A stretch of 64,000 nucleotides of DNA from Acidobacteriota bacterium (lineage in GTDB: Bacteria; Acidobacteriota; UBA890; WLXD01). Below the pieces are notes generated by a model. The model had not been told where the DNA came from. It searched no databases and saw only the letters and a list, made by a program, of their open reading frames with translations. Shown in pieces: positions 39,157-49,292 of the stretch. The translations under genes and the position numbers were made by a program. The stretch's first letter is position 1; each line of letters opens with the position of its first letter. The stretch spans positions 32,001 to 96,000 of the forward strand of contig CAXWPH010000015.1 of assembly GCA_963666055.2 (NCBI GenBank), given 5' to 3'.

Positions 39157-40962
39157 ATGACGGAAACCAGGCCCGGGCTGTGGATCGCTTTGCTGGCGAG
39201 CTTGAGCATAACGGCTTGTCAGCCGTCAACGGAGGACGCGTCGCCAGGCGATGCTGGCGGTCCTGCCGATTTGGTCCTGCAGGGCGGTAAGTTCTTTACC
39301 GTCGACGAAGCCCAGGTCTGGGCTGAAGCCGTCGCGATCAAGCACGGTAGGTTCGTCTACGTCGGCGACAACACTGGCGTACAGGACTTCGTTGGCCCCG
39401 ATACCGATCGCTATGACCTCGGCGGCAAGCTGGCAATTCCCGGTCTAGTGGATTCCCATACACACCCAGGTCTGATGGGGCGGGAGACGGCCGGGTATAC
39501 CGCGGTCCCCGTGGGTGGTGGTCCCAGAGGGACGCTGCCCAGGGGCGGGAGCAAGGAGGAGATCCTCGCTGCGGTGGAGGCGTATGCCCAAGCCAACCCG
39601 GACCTTGCCTGGATCGAGATGGGTAGTTGGTCCGGGGATCTGTACGGCGTCGCGGGCCCACATAGGAGAGATTTGGATCGCGTGGTACCGGATCGACCGG
39701 TGCAGTTAGGAAGCATCCATAGCGTTTGGGTCAATTCCGTGGCGCTCGAGATGATGGGGGTCGACAGCAATACACCCGATCCGGTACCCGGTCTTTCATA
39801 CTTCGTACGGGATGCCGATGGGGAGCCTACCGGCTGGATCAAGGAACTTGCCGCCTGGCCCTATTCGCAGCACCTTGCTGACGTTGACCGGGAGTCCAAC
39901 AAGGAGGGTATCGTCACCTTCTTGGAGTACCTGGCACGCCACGGCGTTACTTCACTCTGGGACGCTGGCAACTTCAACTACCACGATCTCACGTACTCGC
40001 TGTTGGCTGAGCTAGAGGCGGCCGGTCGTCTGCCAGTTCGCTACGAGGGCAGCTATCACATCTACTTGCCCGATCAGGTGCCCGATGCGATCGATGAGCT
40101 ACGGCGGCTGCGCCGCACCTACGGCGGCGAGCGTCTACGGTTCAACACCATCAAGATTCACTTCGATGGCACGAATGAGATTCGTACCGGCGCGCTGCTC
40201 GAGCCATTCAGCGATGACCCGGGCAACCGGGGCGCTACCCTGCTCGACACCGAGCAACTGCGTGACTTCATCGTGCAGCTTCACGAAGCCAGGATCGATC
40301 TGCACTTGCACATCCGGGGCGACCGGGGCATTCGCATCGCACTGGATGCCGTGGAAGCAGCGCGCAGGTCGGTCGACGGCGAGCTCTATCCACGCGTCAC
40401 CATCTGCCACCTCGACCTCATCGATACGGCTGACTATCCCCGTTTCAAACAGCTGGGTGTCATTGCCAACTACACGCCCCAATGGCTCGGCCTGGGAGAC
40501 CGACCGCCGCTGACCGCCGGTACCCTTGGCCCTCGCTACGCAAGGATGTTTCTGGTCCAGCCGTTACTGGACGACGGCGCGGTCGTGACCTTCTCCAGCG
40601 ACGTGGTATCGCTCAGGGGCATGGAGCGGGCCAACCCTTATCTGGGGATGCAGATCGGCCACAACCGCCAATACCATCAGCAAGGTGAGGCTGCGCCGAT
40701 CAGGCTGCCGATGAGCGAACGCCTGGACCTGGAGGATCTAATCAAGGGATATACCTTGAGCGGCGCCTATCAGCTCCGCATGGAGGACCAGCTCGGCTCG
40801 ATCGAGGTGGGCAAACTCGCCGACCTGGTCGTGTTGGATCGCAACCTGTTCGAAATCGATCGCTACGAGATCCACGAGGTTCGACCCGAAGCGGTCATCA
40901 TGGAAGGCGAGATCATCAGGGGAAGCCTGGCAGGCCGTGGTGAAAGTGTGGCGGGGAGATGA
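39157..40962 (+). CDS. Amidohydrolase (YtcJ-like) lipoprotein
   Basis: PGLVDSHTH, HIRGD, GSIEVGKLADLVVLD; lipobox ITAC. Confidence 0.9.
   Translation: MTETRPGLWIALLASLSITACQPSTEDASPGDAGGPADLVLQGGKFFTVDEAQVWAEAVAIKHGRFVYVGDNTGVQDFVGPDTDRYDLGGKLAIPGLVDSHTHPGLMGRETAGYTAVPVGGGPRGTLPRGGSKEEILAAVEAYAQANPDLAWIEMGSWSGDLYGVAGPHRRDLDRVVPDRPVQLGSIHSVWVNSVALEMMGVDSNTPDPVPGLSYFVRDADGEPTGWIKELAAWPYSQHLADVDRESNKEGIVTFLEYLARHGVTSLWDAGNFNYHDLTYSLLAELEAAGRLPVRYEGSYHIYLPDQVPDAIDELRRLRRTYGGERLRFNTIKIHFDGTNEIRTGALLEPFSDDPGNRGATLLDTEQLRDFIVQLHEARIDLHLHIRGDRGIRIALDAVEAARRSVDGELYPRVTICHLDLIDTADYPRFKQLGVIANYTPQWLGLGDRPPLTAGTLGPRYARMFLVQPLLDDGAVVTFSSDVVSLRGMERANPYLGMQIGHNRQYHQQGEAAPIRLPMSERLDLEDLIKGYTLSGAYQLRMEDQLGSIEVGKLADLVVLDRNLFEIDRYEIHEVRPEAVIMEGEIIRGSLAGRGESVAGR
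40927..40956 (+). repeat. CTAG-ended repeat family, fragment inside the amidohydrolase 3' end
   Basis: CTGGCAGGCCGTGGTGAAAGTGTGGCGGGG. Confidence 0.75.
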
Positions 40963-41081
40963 GACCATAGCGGCAGCTTCGGCTTCGTAAGCTGCTTCAA
41001 GCGCCAGTTGCCCCGTGCTACATCGCCTGCCTACTGCTCATCCGATGACCCTCTCCAATCCCGACGCTCGGGGATGTTGGA

Positions 41082-41288
41082 CTATCTGCAGCCGTTGCAG
41101 GTGAGGTCGATGTGGAGTGGGTTATCAGAACCGCCGAGACCCGAGATGCTGAGCTGTTCTTCTCCGCCACCCGCAAGACCGATGCTGGCAACGGCAGGCT
41201 GAGGAGACAGGGCGACCATTAGGATCAACGTCCAGAGTCCAGCAGCGATGATGGTCAGTACGACCTTGGTGTAGCGATCTACTTTCAC
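41082..41288 (-). CDS. Small hypothetical membrane/secreted protein
   Basis: 68 aa, DRYTKVVLTIIA plus TM segment, GGGG RBS. Confidence 0.55.
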   Translation of the reverse strand: MKVDRYTKVVLTIIAAGLWTLILMVALSPQPAVASIGLAGGGEEQLSISGLGGSDNPLHIDLTCNGCR

Positions 41289-41481
41289 GGCAGTTCCCCC
41301 TATTAGGGTTTGAAGTGGGCTTTCGCGAGTCTTGACATGGTCGGGTGGCTTGTCCAGCGAATCGGGTACGCGATCATGGGCCCCTTGTAGTCCTAGCAGC
41401 GCCGGATCACAGTGCGGCCCAGGACCACCACAATGGGCGAGGTGAGCAATGGATCTCGAGCAACGAATCTGTTACAGGCCA

Positions 41482-42153
41482 CTAGAGAAGCCCGCGCTCT
41501 TTGAAGCTCACGAACCCCTCGGCGCCGACCACCAGGTGATCGAGCACGCGAATGCCCAGCAACTCGCCGGCCTGCAGAATCTGCCGGGTGATTCCGACGT
41601 CTTCTCGACTCGGCGTCGGATCACCTGAGGGGTGATTGTGGAACAAGACGAGCGCCGGTGCAGCCGCCAGCAGGCTCTGCCGGAATACCTCACGGGGTCG
41701 AACGACGCTGGCGCTCCATCCGCCGCGTGAAAGCACTCGCTCGCTCAGGAAGCGGTTGCGGCCATCCAGTAGCACCACTCCGAAGCATTCGGCGCGCTCG
41801 CCGCCGTAGCGCGACATCAGATGTCGTCCCAAGTCGCGCGGGCGACGTATGACCAGGCCACGCGAGGGCGCTGGAGCGGCGAGCCGACGCGCCACCTCGA
41901 AGAGGGCGGCCAGGCGCGCCGCCGACGCCACCCCCACTCCGGGCTCCGAGCGCCATTCTTGCGGCTCGCCGCGGGCGAGCTCCCGTAGTCCGCCATGACG
42001 GAGCAGCGATCGCGCCATTGCCGCCGCCGAGCGGTTGCGCTGACCGTGGCCGATCACCAGCGCCAGCAGCTCGACGTCGCTTAGCGCCCCCGCACCGAGC
42101 TGTTCGAGCCGCTCCCGTGGACGGTCTCCGGGGTCGGCGGACGCCGATGGCAC
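41482..42153 (-). CDS. radC: RadC / JAB domain protein
   Basis: PRERL, LSDVELLA, HNHPSGDPTPSRED, LDHLVV. Confidence 0.93.
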   Translation of the reverse strand: MPSASADPGDRPRERLEQLGAGALSDVELLALVIGHGQRNRSAAAMARSLLRHGGLRELARGEPQEWRSEPGVGVASAARLAALFEVARRLAAPAPSRGLVIRRPRDLGRHLMSRYGGERAECFGVVLLDGRNRFLSERVLSRGGWSASVVRPREVFRQSLLAAAPALVLFHNHPSGDPTPSREDVGITRQILQAGELLGIRVLDHLVVGAEGFVSFKERGLL

Positions 42154-42328
42154 CTTTGATAGACTTTCTCTTGCAAGCAGCTTTCCCTACCGAGCGACCT
42201 GGCAGCATTTCCGCGGCCTGTGCCGCTACCCTCCACTAGACGGGCACCATGGCCGGCAATCCGACGTACAGGCTGGCCATATCGACTTTTTCGGCCTGCC
42301 GGGCGTCCCATTCTGTGGAGAGACGAGA

Positions 42329-42946
42329 ATGGTAAGGGCCTCTGGAACCTCAATGGCAGCAGCGCCCACAGCTCCCAGTGACGAACAGCTCGTAGCCCGA
42401 TCCGTCGGCGGCGACGTAGGTGCGTTCAACGAGCTCGTTGTGCGCTGGGAGGGGCCACTGTACAAGTTCGTCTACCGTTACCTCGGCGACCCCGAGGAGG
42501 CGCGCGACATCTGCCAGGAGGCCTTCCTGCGGGCCTACTCGAACCTGAGCCGTTTTCGCAGCGAGGCGAAGTTCTCATCGTGGCTGTACCAGATCGCCCT
42601 CAACCAGTGCCGCAGTCAGTTCCGCCGCAAGCAGTCGCGGCCGACGGTGGCGCTGGACGACGACGAGAGCCAGCACCAGCTTGGGCTCGTGCAGGACTCG
42701 GCCGAGGCGCCGGATCGCGAGGCAATGGGGCGCCAGCGATCGAAAGTGCTGAGGGCGGCGATCGCGGAGTTGCCAGAAACGCAACGCGAAGTGATTATCC
42801 TGAAGCAGTATCACGGGCTGAAGTTCCGCGAGATTGCGGAAGTGCTCGGCACACCTGAAAGTACAGTGAAATCCCGGCTCTACCATGGCTTCGAATCGCT
42901 GGCCAAGAGCCTGGGACACCTGAAGACCGAGGGGTTGGAGATATGA
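42329..42946 (+). CDS. ECF RNA polymerase sigma factor
   Basis: DICQEAF, FSSWLYQIALN, GLKFREIAEVLGTPESTVKSRL. Confidence 0.93.
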   Translation: MVRASGTSMAAAPTAPSDEQLVARSVGGDVGAFNELVVRWEGPLYKFVYRYLGDPEEARDICQEAFLRAYSNLSRFRSEAKFSSWLYQIALNQCRSQFRRKQSRPTVALDDDESQHQLGLVQDSAEAPDREAMGRQRSKVLRAAIAELPETQREVIILKQYHGLKFREIAEVLGTPESTVKSRLYHGFESLAKSLGHLKTEGLEI

Positions 42947-43812
42947 GCGGCGACCGCGAAGACCTACAGGAGCTACTGGTCGAGCTCGAGTATGGGGAGC
43001 TCGATGCCACAGACCGCGCCGCAGCGCAGGCACGCATCGACGAACACCCCGAACTCGTCCGCATGCAAGCGGCCTTTCGTGCCGTGCGCGAGAACCTGTC
43101 TGCCTGGGACGAGGTGGAAGGGCAGCCGGCCCGAATCGCCTTCGTAACCATGCCAGGCGATGTTCGCCCTGGCTCCATCAACACGTTCGGCTGGATGAAG
43201 GGCGCGGCAATCGCGGCAAGCTTCGTGCTCGGCATCCTGCTGGCCGCGGCGTTTGCCAGCACGAACCTGACACGCACCGACACCGGCTGGACGCTCAGCA
43301 CCGGCCTGTCGCGCAGCGGCGTATCGGCGCCAGTCTCGCAACCGAGCGCCACAACCTCGGTGGGCACCCCCCCAGTCGGCCAGATTCCAGCCGGCCAAAC
43401 GCCCGTCGGTCAGACAGCTATAGGTCGAGTTGCCGGCGGCAGGGCTACCGGCGGCGGGGTTACAGGCGGCCAGGCGCGGCCGTTCCGCATGAGCACAAGC
43501 CAGTTCGGCATCGAGCCCATGCTGGTCGAGGTGCCCGGCGATCGCGAGCTCCAACTTCGGATCCTGGTGCGCCAGATGGTCGCTGCCGCCGAGCAGCGAC
43601 ATCAGCAGCAGACCGACTCGCTACTCACCGACCTGTACCAGACGTTCGATACCCAGCGCACCAGCGATCTGAGCGTTGTCTTCGACGAGCTCGGCTTGCT
43701 GCGTTCTTCCACCGGGCTCGAGCTGCAGCGTACGAATCAGGTCATCGACTTCCTGGTTACCCGGATTGGTAGCGACATCGAGGCACAGGTGCCCGAGCAG
43801 CGCGATGACTAA
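42943..43812 (+). CDS. Putative membrane-anchored anti-sigma factor
   Basis: ATGA-coupled to the sigma gene, cytoplasmic N-domain (YGELD...H), single TM segment. Confidence 0.7.
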   Translation: MSGDREDLQELLVELEYGELDATDRAAAQARIDEHPELVRMQAAFRAVRENLSAWDEVEGQPARIAFVTMPGDVRPGSINTFGWMKGAAIAASFVLGILLAAAFASTNLTRTDTGWTLSTGLSRSGVSAPVSQPSATTSVGTPPVGQIPAGQTPVGQTAIGRVAGGRATGGGVTGGQARPFRMSTSQFGIEPMLVEVPGDRELQLRILVRQMVAAAEQRHQQQTDSLLTDLYQTFDTQRTSDLSVVFDELGLLRSSTGLELQRTNQVIDFLVTRIGSDIEAQVPEQRDD

Positions 43813-44929
43813 CGCGATCACCACCAGGCACATCGGCAGGCTGGCGATCGGCGCGGCGGCAGCGCTCTTGCTCGCCGGCGGCAGCTCCTGGGCAGTGCCG
43901 AAAAATGCTGTGCCGGAAAGTGCAGCGTCGGAAGGCGCGGCGCTGGAGGGTCAGGAGTCGCAGCGCCTGCGGCAGCTCGAGGTATTCGAGGGCCTGCTCA
44001 CCGACCTGGTGCAAGAGCGCGTCTCGGCGCAGGTCAACACGACAATTGATCTGGAGCGCAGCGGCGACCCTGACGGCGATGGTGAAGCCAACGTCATCGC
44101 CCTGGAGCCGGTGGTTGTCAAGGTGGGCAGGCCGCTTGCCGCCCACGGCTTTTACCTCGACGGCTACGGCGTGATGTTCTCCATCCAGACGCCGCAGGTG
44201 GCGGTGCTGCCGCGCGCCTTAGATGCGCGGATGGCGGCCCCGATGGCCATCCTGCGCGCCAATATCGGTCCGGGCTTCGATGACTACCCCCTCGCCCCCG
44301 GCTTGATCGACATGCGCGCCGACATGCTCATGCGCTCCGTCGGCGATCTGCGCGTCCTCATGGAGCGCGACGCCCCCGCGATCGACATCGATGCCCTGCA
44401 CGAGCTATCCAGGTTCGAGGACGTGCTGGAGGAGATTCGCGATTCGCTGGCTCCCGACAGCGGAGGTACGGAGGAAGCGGCGCTCGATCGAGAGCAAGAA
44501 ACGATCGCACCGGCGCGGCGCCGGGATGGGGGAGCCTGGGCGCGCCCGCATTGGCGCGACAGCCGCGCCTACTTCCGCGGCGCCATCGAGCAACAGCGCA
44601 CCCTCAAGCAGATCCTCGAGCGCGATCATCAGCAGATCGCCAACGCCGTAAACGACGCCGCCATCGAGGCGCTGGCGCAGTTCGGCACCCTCCTGCGCGG
44701 GCTCGACTCCGACGACCAGGTGTCGATCATGGTGCTGCCGCCAAACCCCTGGATGCTGGCGCGGCGCAACGGCGTGGGCGTGGACCAGGCCGAGTACGTG
44801 ATCTCGATTCGCTACAAGGACATCCGCGACTTCGGCAACGAGAAGATCGACATGGAGAAGTTCCGCGAGCGCATCGAGATCCACAATCGGCTGGGCATCG
44901 AGCTGCCGATCGAAGCCGAGCAGCAGTAG
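43805..44929 (+). CDS. Secreted hypothetical protein of the ECF operon
   Basis: Signal peptide, HGFYLDGYGVMF; overlaps the anti-sigma stop. Confidence 0.7.
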   Translation: MTNAITTRHIGRLAIGAAAALLLAGGSSWAVPKNAVPESAASEGAALEGQESQRLRQLEVFEGLLTDLVQERVSAQVNTTIDLERSGDPDGDGEANVIALEPVVVKVGRPLAAHGFYLDGYGVMFSIQTPQVAVLPRALDARMAAPMAILRANIGPGFDDYPLAPGLIDMRADMLMRSVGDLRVLMERDAPAIDIDALHELSRFEDVLEEIRDSLAPDSGGTEEAALDREQETIAPARRRDGGAWARPHWRDSRAYFRGAIEQQRTLKQILERDHQQIANAVNDAAIEALAQFGTLLRGLDSDDQVSIMVLPPNPWMLARRNGVGVDQAEYVISIRYKDIRDFGNEKIDMEKFRERIEIHNRLGIELPIEAEQQ

Positions 44930-45032
44930 CACCGACCAGCGAGCCAGGTTTCGCTAGGCCCGACCCGGCGCGGAATGCTATTCTGGGAGCATCGACTTCG
45001 GATCCGGGTAGTGCCGGAACAGCCGTAGAGTC

Positions 45033-45386
45033 GGGGGCGTCAGGGTTCGACGGGAGCACTGAAGCCGAGGCTGCATGTCGAGCGTTCCACGTATGCTCGT
45101 TAATCCCACGTGGAAACCAACACAACTGCCAACACACCGGTAGCTCTAGCGGCTTAAACACCCGCTAGCGTTCCCCGACCCGGGCCTGCAAGGGTCGGAG
45201 CGAACGCCGTTCAGCAGGCTGGCCGCCCAGTTCCGTTCGGGGGCGAGGCGGCGAGACACTACCCGGACTAGCGTCGTATCAGCTGGCCCGCCGGGTCGAT
45301 ACAGCGTGAAACCTATCGGCGGGATAAGCATGTAGACGCTTCGTGTGGACGGTTTTCGGACGCGGGTTCAATTCCCGCCGCCTCCA
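45033..45386 (+). ncRNA. ssrA: tmRNA
   Basis: 5' GGGGGCG...TTCGACGGG, tag ORF 45128-45157 ANTPVALAA*, T-arm GGTTCAATTCC and acceptor CGCCTCCA. Confidence 0.95.
45362..45384 (+). repeat. attL core (ssrA 3' end)
   Basis: GCGGGTTCAATTCCCGCCGCCTC, identical to 53308-53330. Confidence 0.9.
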
Positions 45387-45426
45387 CTTCTATGTTATTG
45401 TGTCTATTGGAGTTACTGGTTACATC

Positions 45427-46524
45427 CTAGCCCGTCTCCACAATGTCTCCAAAACGAGGGCCACTTTTGGGCCCTTCGAGCAGCCTGATTGTCGCGTCTA
45501 TGGCTGCTGGGGACAGGTGCATATAACGCTGCGTCGTGGCCAGGTTGGCGTGCCCAGCGAGCACCTGGATGGCGCGCACCGGCCCACCCTGCATCGACAG
45601 ATGCGAGCAGAATGTGTGTCTGAGGATGTGCACCCCCTCATGCTGCAGGTTGGCGCGACGCGCCGCCCTGCGAACGAGGTTCTGCACCACCTTCTGGGTC
45701 AGCGGGCTTCCGCCGGTCTCGCACAGCACCCGTGCCCCACGCAGGTGACGCAGCGTCCGTAGCGCCTCCTGCAACCTGGTGGTCATCGGGACACGCCGGG
45801 GTCGACCGCTCTTGGGTGCGGTGACCTGGCCCTTCCACTCGGATCGGGCCACACGGAGCTGGCGCTTGCTGAAGTCGACATCCGTCCACTCCAGCGCCAT
45901 CATCTCCCCGCACCGCAGGCCGGCCTCTCCCCCGAGCAACACGATGGCGTGGGCACGCCGGTCAGTTGCCCGAGCCGCCTCGACAAGACGTTCGTACTCG
46001 TCGAAGTCGTGGAACGCCGCTTCCGTCGGTGTCACCGGAAGCAGCCGTACCGTGCACGGCATCGTGTCGATCACGTCCCATTCCACAGCGCATTTCAGCA
46101 GCCGGCTCAGGACCGACAGCACGTTGTTGACCGTCTTGACGGCCCTGGTGCTGAGGCGTTGCTTGAGCCGCTGCACATCTTCGTTGCCGATGGCGTCGAG
46201 CCTGCGCTGCCCAAGCGTCGGAATCAGGTGGATTCGCAGGATCGAATCCTGCGCCGCCTGAGTACTCGGCTTGAGCCGGTTGGCTCGAACGTGGCCATCC
46301 ATGTACCTGGGAGCGAAATGCACCAGTGTCGGCACCTCCTTTGATGGTCTCGGTGGTCCATTGGCCAATAGCTGCCGCTCACGCGCCTGCCCCCAGCGCC
46401 GGGCACCGGATTTCGCGGCGACGGGAGACTTCCTTCGCTCCCGTATTTCCCGGCCATCGTCCATCCGAATGCGGATGTCCACCTCCCAGCCGCCACGTCG
46501 ATAGGGTCGAATCGTTACACTCAT
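45427..46524 (-). CDS. Tyrosine recombinase/integrase
   Basis: GLRCGE, KSG, HILRH, GHANLATTQRY catalytic residues; N-terminal arm-binding-like domain. Confidence 0.95.
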   Translation of the reverse strand: MSVTIRPYRRGGWEVDIRIRMDDGREIRERRKSPVAAKSGARRWGQARERQLLANGPPRPSKEVPTLVHFAPRYMDGHVRANRLKPSTQAAQDSILRIHLIPTLGQRRLDAIGNEDVQRLKQRLSTRAVKTVNNVLSVLSRLLKCAVEWDVIDTMPCTVRLLPVTPTEAAFHDFDEYERLVEAARATDRRAHAIVLLGGEAGLRCGEMMALEWTDVDFSKRQLRVARSEWKGQVTAPKSGRPRRVPMTTRLQEALRTLRHLRGARVLCETGGSPLTQKVVQNLVRRAARRANLQHEGVHILRHTFCSHLSMQGGPVRAIQVLAGHANLATTQRYMHLSPAAIDATIRLLEGPKSGPRFGDIVETG

Positions 46525-46805
46525 CAACGCTCCTTTCGCGCTGATGGCGCACGGCTTTCATCGAGCGAGCGTAGCAGGTCTTCGGACCGGACAAGTAAGC
46601 GGCGGCCGATCCGGGTTACGCCGACGAGTTGGCCTCTGCTGGCCATTGCGTAGATCGCCCCTCGGGTGGTGCGGAGAATCTCGGCTACCTCATCGGCGGT
46701 CAGGAGGATCGGGAGTCTGTCACCTGTCGGACCGATCGGTGATCCTTGTTTGGGTTTGACCGAACGGCGGCGGTCGCGAAGTCCTTGAAGTACGCGGTCT
46801 GCCAT
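46524..46805 (-). CDS. Excisionase-like helix-turn-helix protein
   Basis: LLTADEVAEILRTTRGAIYAMASRGQL...RIGRRLLV; stop overlaps the integrase start. Confidence 0.85.
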   Translation of the reverse strand: MADRVLQGLRDRRRSVKPKQGSPIGPTGDRLPILLTADEVAEILRTTRGAIYAMASRGQLVGVTRIGRRLLVRSEDLLRSLDESRAPSARKER

Positions 46806-47110
46806 TTCTCTCACGCGCGCTTTGTCTTCTGGACTGCGGTCGAGCCAAGTGACTTCCGAGCGGCTTGAGCGACCGCCGCCGAAGACACACCCCACCGATT
46901 GCGAACCGCTCGGACTTGTTCGAATTGCATGTCACCTCGCGCGAGTAATCGCTACCGCTGATGCCACTGACGGCTACTACACACCATCGAGGCACACGCC
47001 TGCTGAAGTTATTCATGCCAAGAAAAGCCCACAAATCCTTGTTATTCAATTACTTGAGCCATTCGGAGGGTTCACAACAAGGACAGAATGGACTGCGGAA
47101 ACCCGCTGTC

Positions 47111-47977
47111 TTAGGCGCGAGTCCGCTTGTTTGACCTTCGGAACGCCTTTGCGCACGCTTCGTCGCAGAACCGTCGCCTCGCACGCACGAGCCCGCTCGT
47201 CTCCAGTCGCTCGCCAACGAGAATCGGCGTCCCACACCAAGGGCAGAACCGCCTGTCTCTGCTGATTGTCTTCAAGGCGTTCGAGAAAGGAATTCCACGG
47301 AGCTCTGACTGGATCTGGGCCCGGTCGTTCCACCTGATTCGCATCTCGGACACGCGGTAGAGCTTTAACCGTCGATACTCAGGCAGTGGTTCGGCTGAGC
47401 CGTCCTCCGGGGTGATGTCGGTGTCCGGGGTTACATAGACAGGAATCGATTCGCCGATAATCGGATCGTAAGAATCGAAACGTCGCCACACGCGCCCCTT
47501 GTGCCTCTTGCCGGTCTCGGGGCTTGTCGTTCGTTTGCGATGCATCACACGGAGCGGTGACTCTGTGCGTCGCCTGGCAGCGGCAGCTCGCCGAGCGCGA
47601 ACCTGCCGACCAATCTGATTGATTCGCGCAAGCTCCCGGGATACTGATGGTTGAGACAGGACAAGTTCACTTGCAAGGGACTGTTGCGAAGGTGTCTTCG
47701 ATGGCGGCCGACATTCCACAACGAGCTGGGCCACTCTCCGCTGTCGCTCTGTGAGGCGATACTCCCCATAGAGTCGCAGCCGTTCCGATGCCGCTCGGCG
47801 CTCGCTACCCACTTCTGGATAGCTCCAATCGCGAAGACGCTCATCAGCCTCGAGTGCCGCACGAGCCTCACGCCAGGCGGCTCTCTCAGCCGCGTGTTCG
47901 CGCTGGAAGTGGCCGTCCAAGCTGTGGAAGTCCGCGAACACTTGGCCACAGTCGTGACACACATGCTGTGGTTCCAC
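47111..47977 (-). CDS. Hypothetical DNA-binding protein: C2H2 finger + HTH + Cys4 finger
   Basis: CHDC-x12-H-x4-H; LTERQRRV...SQQSLASELVLSQPSVSREL; CPWC...FCDEAC; GGAG RBS before GTG. Confidence 0.7.
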   Translation of the reverse strand: MEPQHVCHDCGQVFADFHSLDGHFQREHAAERAAWREARAALEADERLRDWSYPEVGSERRAASERLRLYGEYRLTERQRRVAQLVVECRPPSKTPSQQSLASELVLSQPSVSRELARINQIGRQVRARRAAAARRRTESPLRVMHRKRTTSPETGKRHKGRVWRRFDSYDPIIGESIPVYVTPDTDITPEDGSAEPLPEYRRLKLYRVSEMRIRWNDRAQIQSELRGIPFSNALKTISRDRRFCPWCGTPILVGERLETSGLVRARRRFCDEACAKAFRRSNKRTRA

Positions 47978-48132
47978 TTAGAGTCACTCCACGAAGGTGC
48001 CTACTATCCGAACAAACGCACTGTACGCCAGCAGGGTGGGCGTGACCTGCCCCCCTTTTCTGGTCCTGACCTGACCCCCCAAAACGGATCCAGAGGTAAT
48101 CTCACGATCTGGGTCGAAAAGGGGAGGTCAGA

Positions 48133-48411
48133 ATGCCGACGAAGAGGCACAGCGCCGAGCAGATCGTACGCAAGCTCCGGGAGGCTGAAGTGGAGCTGGC
48201 GCAAGGCGGGACGGTCAAGGATGCCTGCCGCAAGCTAGCGATCACCGAGCACACCTACTATCGGTGGCGGCGGGAGTAGGGGGGGCTGAAGGTCAACCAG
48301 GCCAGAAGGCTCAAGCAGCTGGAGAAAGAAAACGCCCGGCTCAAGAAACTGGTGGCGGAGAAAGAGCTCGACCTGTCGATCCTGAAGGAAGTCGCGGAGG
48401 GAAACTTCTGA
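48133..48411 (+). pseudogene. IS3 transposase orfA with in-frame TAG at 48277
   Basis: [19 protein letters not shown]...YYRWRRE*GGLK...[16 protein letters not shown]; TAG sits where Tyr (YGG) is usual. Confidence 0.85.
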
Positions 48412-49292
48412 GCCCAGCTCGACGGCGCGAGGCGGTGGCGCATGTACGGGGGCGGCTGGGCGTCTCCGAGAGGCGGGCGTGCCGGGTACTGAAACAACCA
48501 CGCACGACACACAGGTACATGCCAACAGAACCGGGCGATGAGCAGATGTTGACGGAGCGGATCGTGGATCTAGCCCGACAATACGGGCGCTACGGGTATC
48601 GGCGAGTGACGGCGTTGTTGCGTATGGAGGGCTGGTGGGTGAACCACAAACGAGTGCAGCGTATCTGGAGGCGTGAGGGGCTGAAAGTACCGACAAAGCA
48701 GCCCAAACGAGCCCGGCTGTGGCTCAGCGATGGCTCGTGCATCCGGCTGCGACCACAGCGCAAAGATCACGTCTGGGCGTATGACTTCGTCCATCACCGG
48801 ACGCACGAGGGTCGGGCTATGAGGCTGCTGACGATCGTCGATGAGTACACACGAGAAAGCCTGGCGATCGACGTGGCACGGAAGCTCAACTGTGAGGACG
48901 TGCTCGAGCGGCTCGGGTGGTTGTTCGTGCACCGGGGCATACCTGAGCACATCCGGTCCGATAACGGACCGGAGTTCACCGCCGAGGCGGTTCGCGACTG
49001 GCTCGGTAGGCTCGGTGTGGGCACGCTGTTCATCGAGCCGGGCTCGCCGTGGGAGAACGGCTACGTGGAGAGCTTCAACGGCAAGCTCCGAGACGAGCTG
49101 CTCAACGGCGAGATCTTCTACACGCTCAAGGAGGCAAAGGTTCTGATCGAGAGATGGAGGCAGCAGTACAACCGCATGCGACCGCACAGCTCGTTGGGCT
49201 ACCGACCACCGGCCCCGGAGGCGCTGTTGTTGAAGCCGGCTACGCTCCGCTTCGCCGGCCTCAACAACCCCTTGTCAGCACCGAGTTACTGA
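48408..49292 (+). CDS. IS3 family transposase orfB (DDE)
   Basis: [42 protein letters not shown]. Confidence 0.92.
   Translation: MSPARRREAVAHVRGRLGVSERRACRVLKQPRTTHRYMPTEPGDEQMLTERIVDLARQYGRYGYRRVTALLRMEGWWVNHKRVQRIWRREGLKVPTKQPKRARLWLSDGSCIRLRPQRKDHVWAYDFVHHRTHEGRAMRLLTIVDEYTRESLAIDVARKLNCEDVLERLGWLFVHRGIPEHIRSDNGPEFTAEAVRDWLGRLGVGTLFIEPGSPWENGYVESFNGKLRDELLNGEIFYTLKEAKVLIERWRQQYNRMRPHSSLGYRPPAPEALLLKPATLRFAGLNNPLSAPSY

Noticed and set aside
41482-42153. RadC/JAB as a defence or anti-defence gene of a mobile element
   Set aside because: Full-length chromosomal-type RadC with N-terminal domain, outside the att-bounded island, with no E1/E2/CBASS neighbours
45427-47977. Prophage or PICI
   Set aside because: No structural, terminase, primase or capsid-interference genes visible
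48277-48279. TAG recoding (pyrrolysine or alternative code)
   Set aside because: TAG is a normal stop for many genes here; this is a single case in an IS
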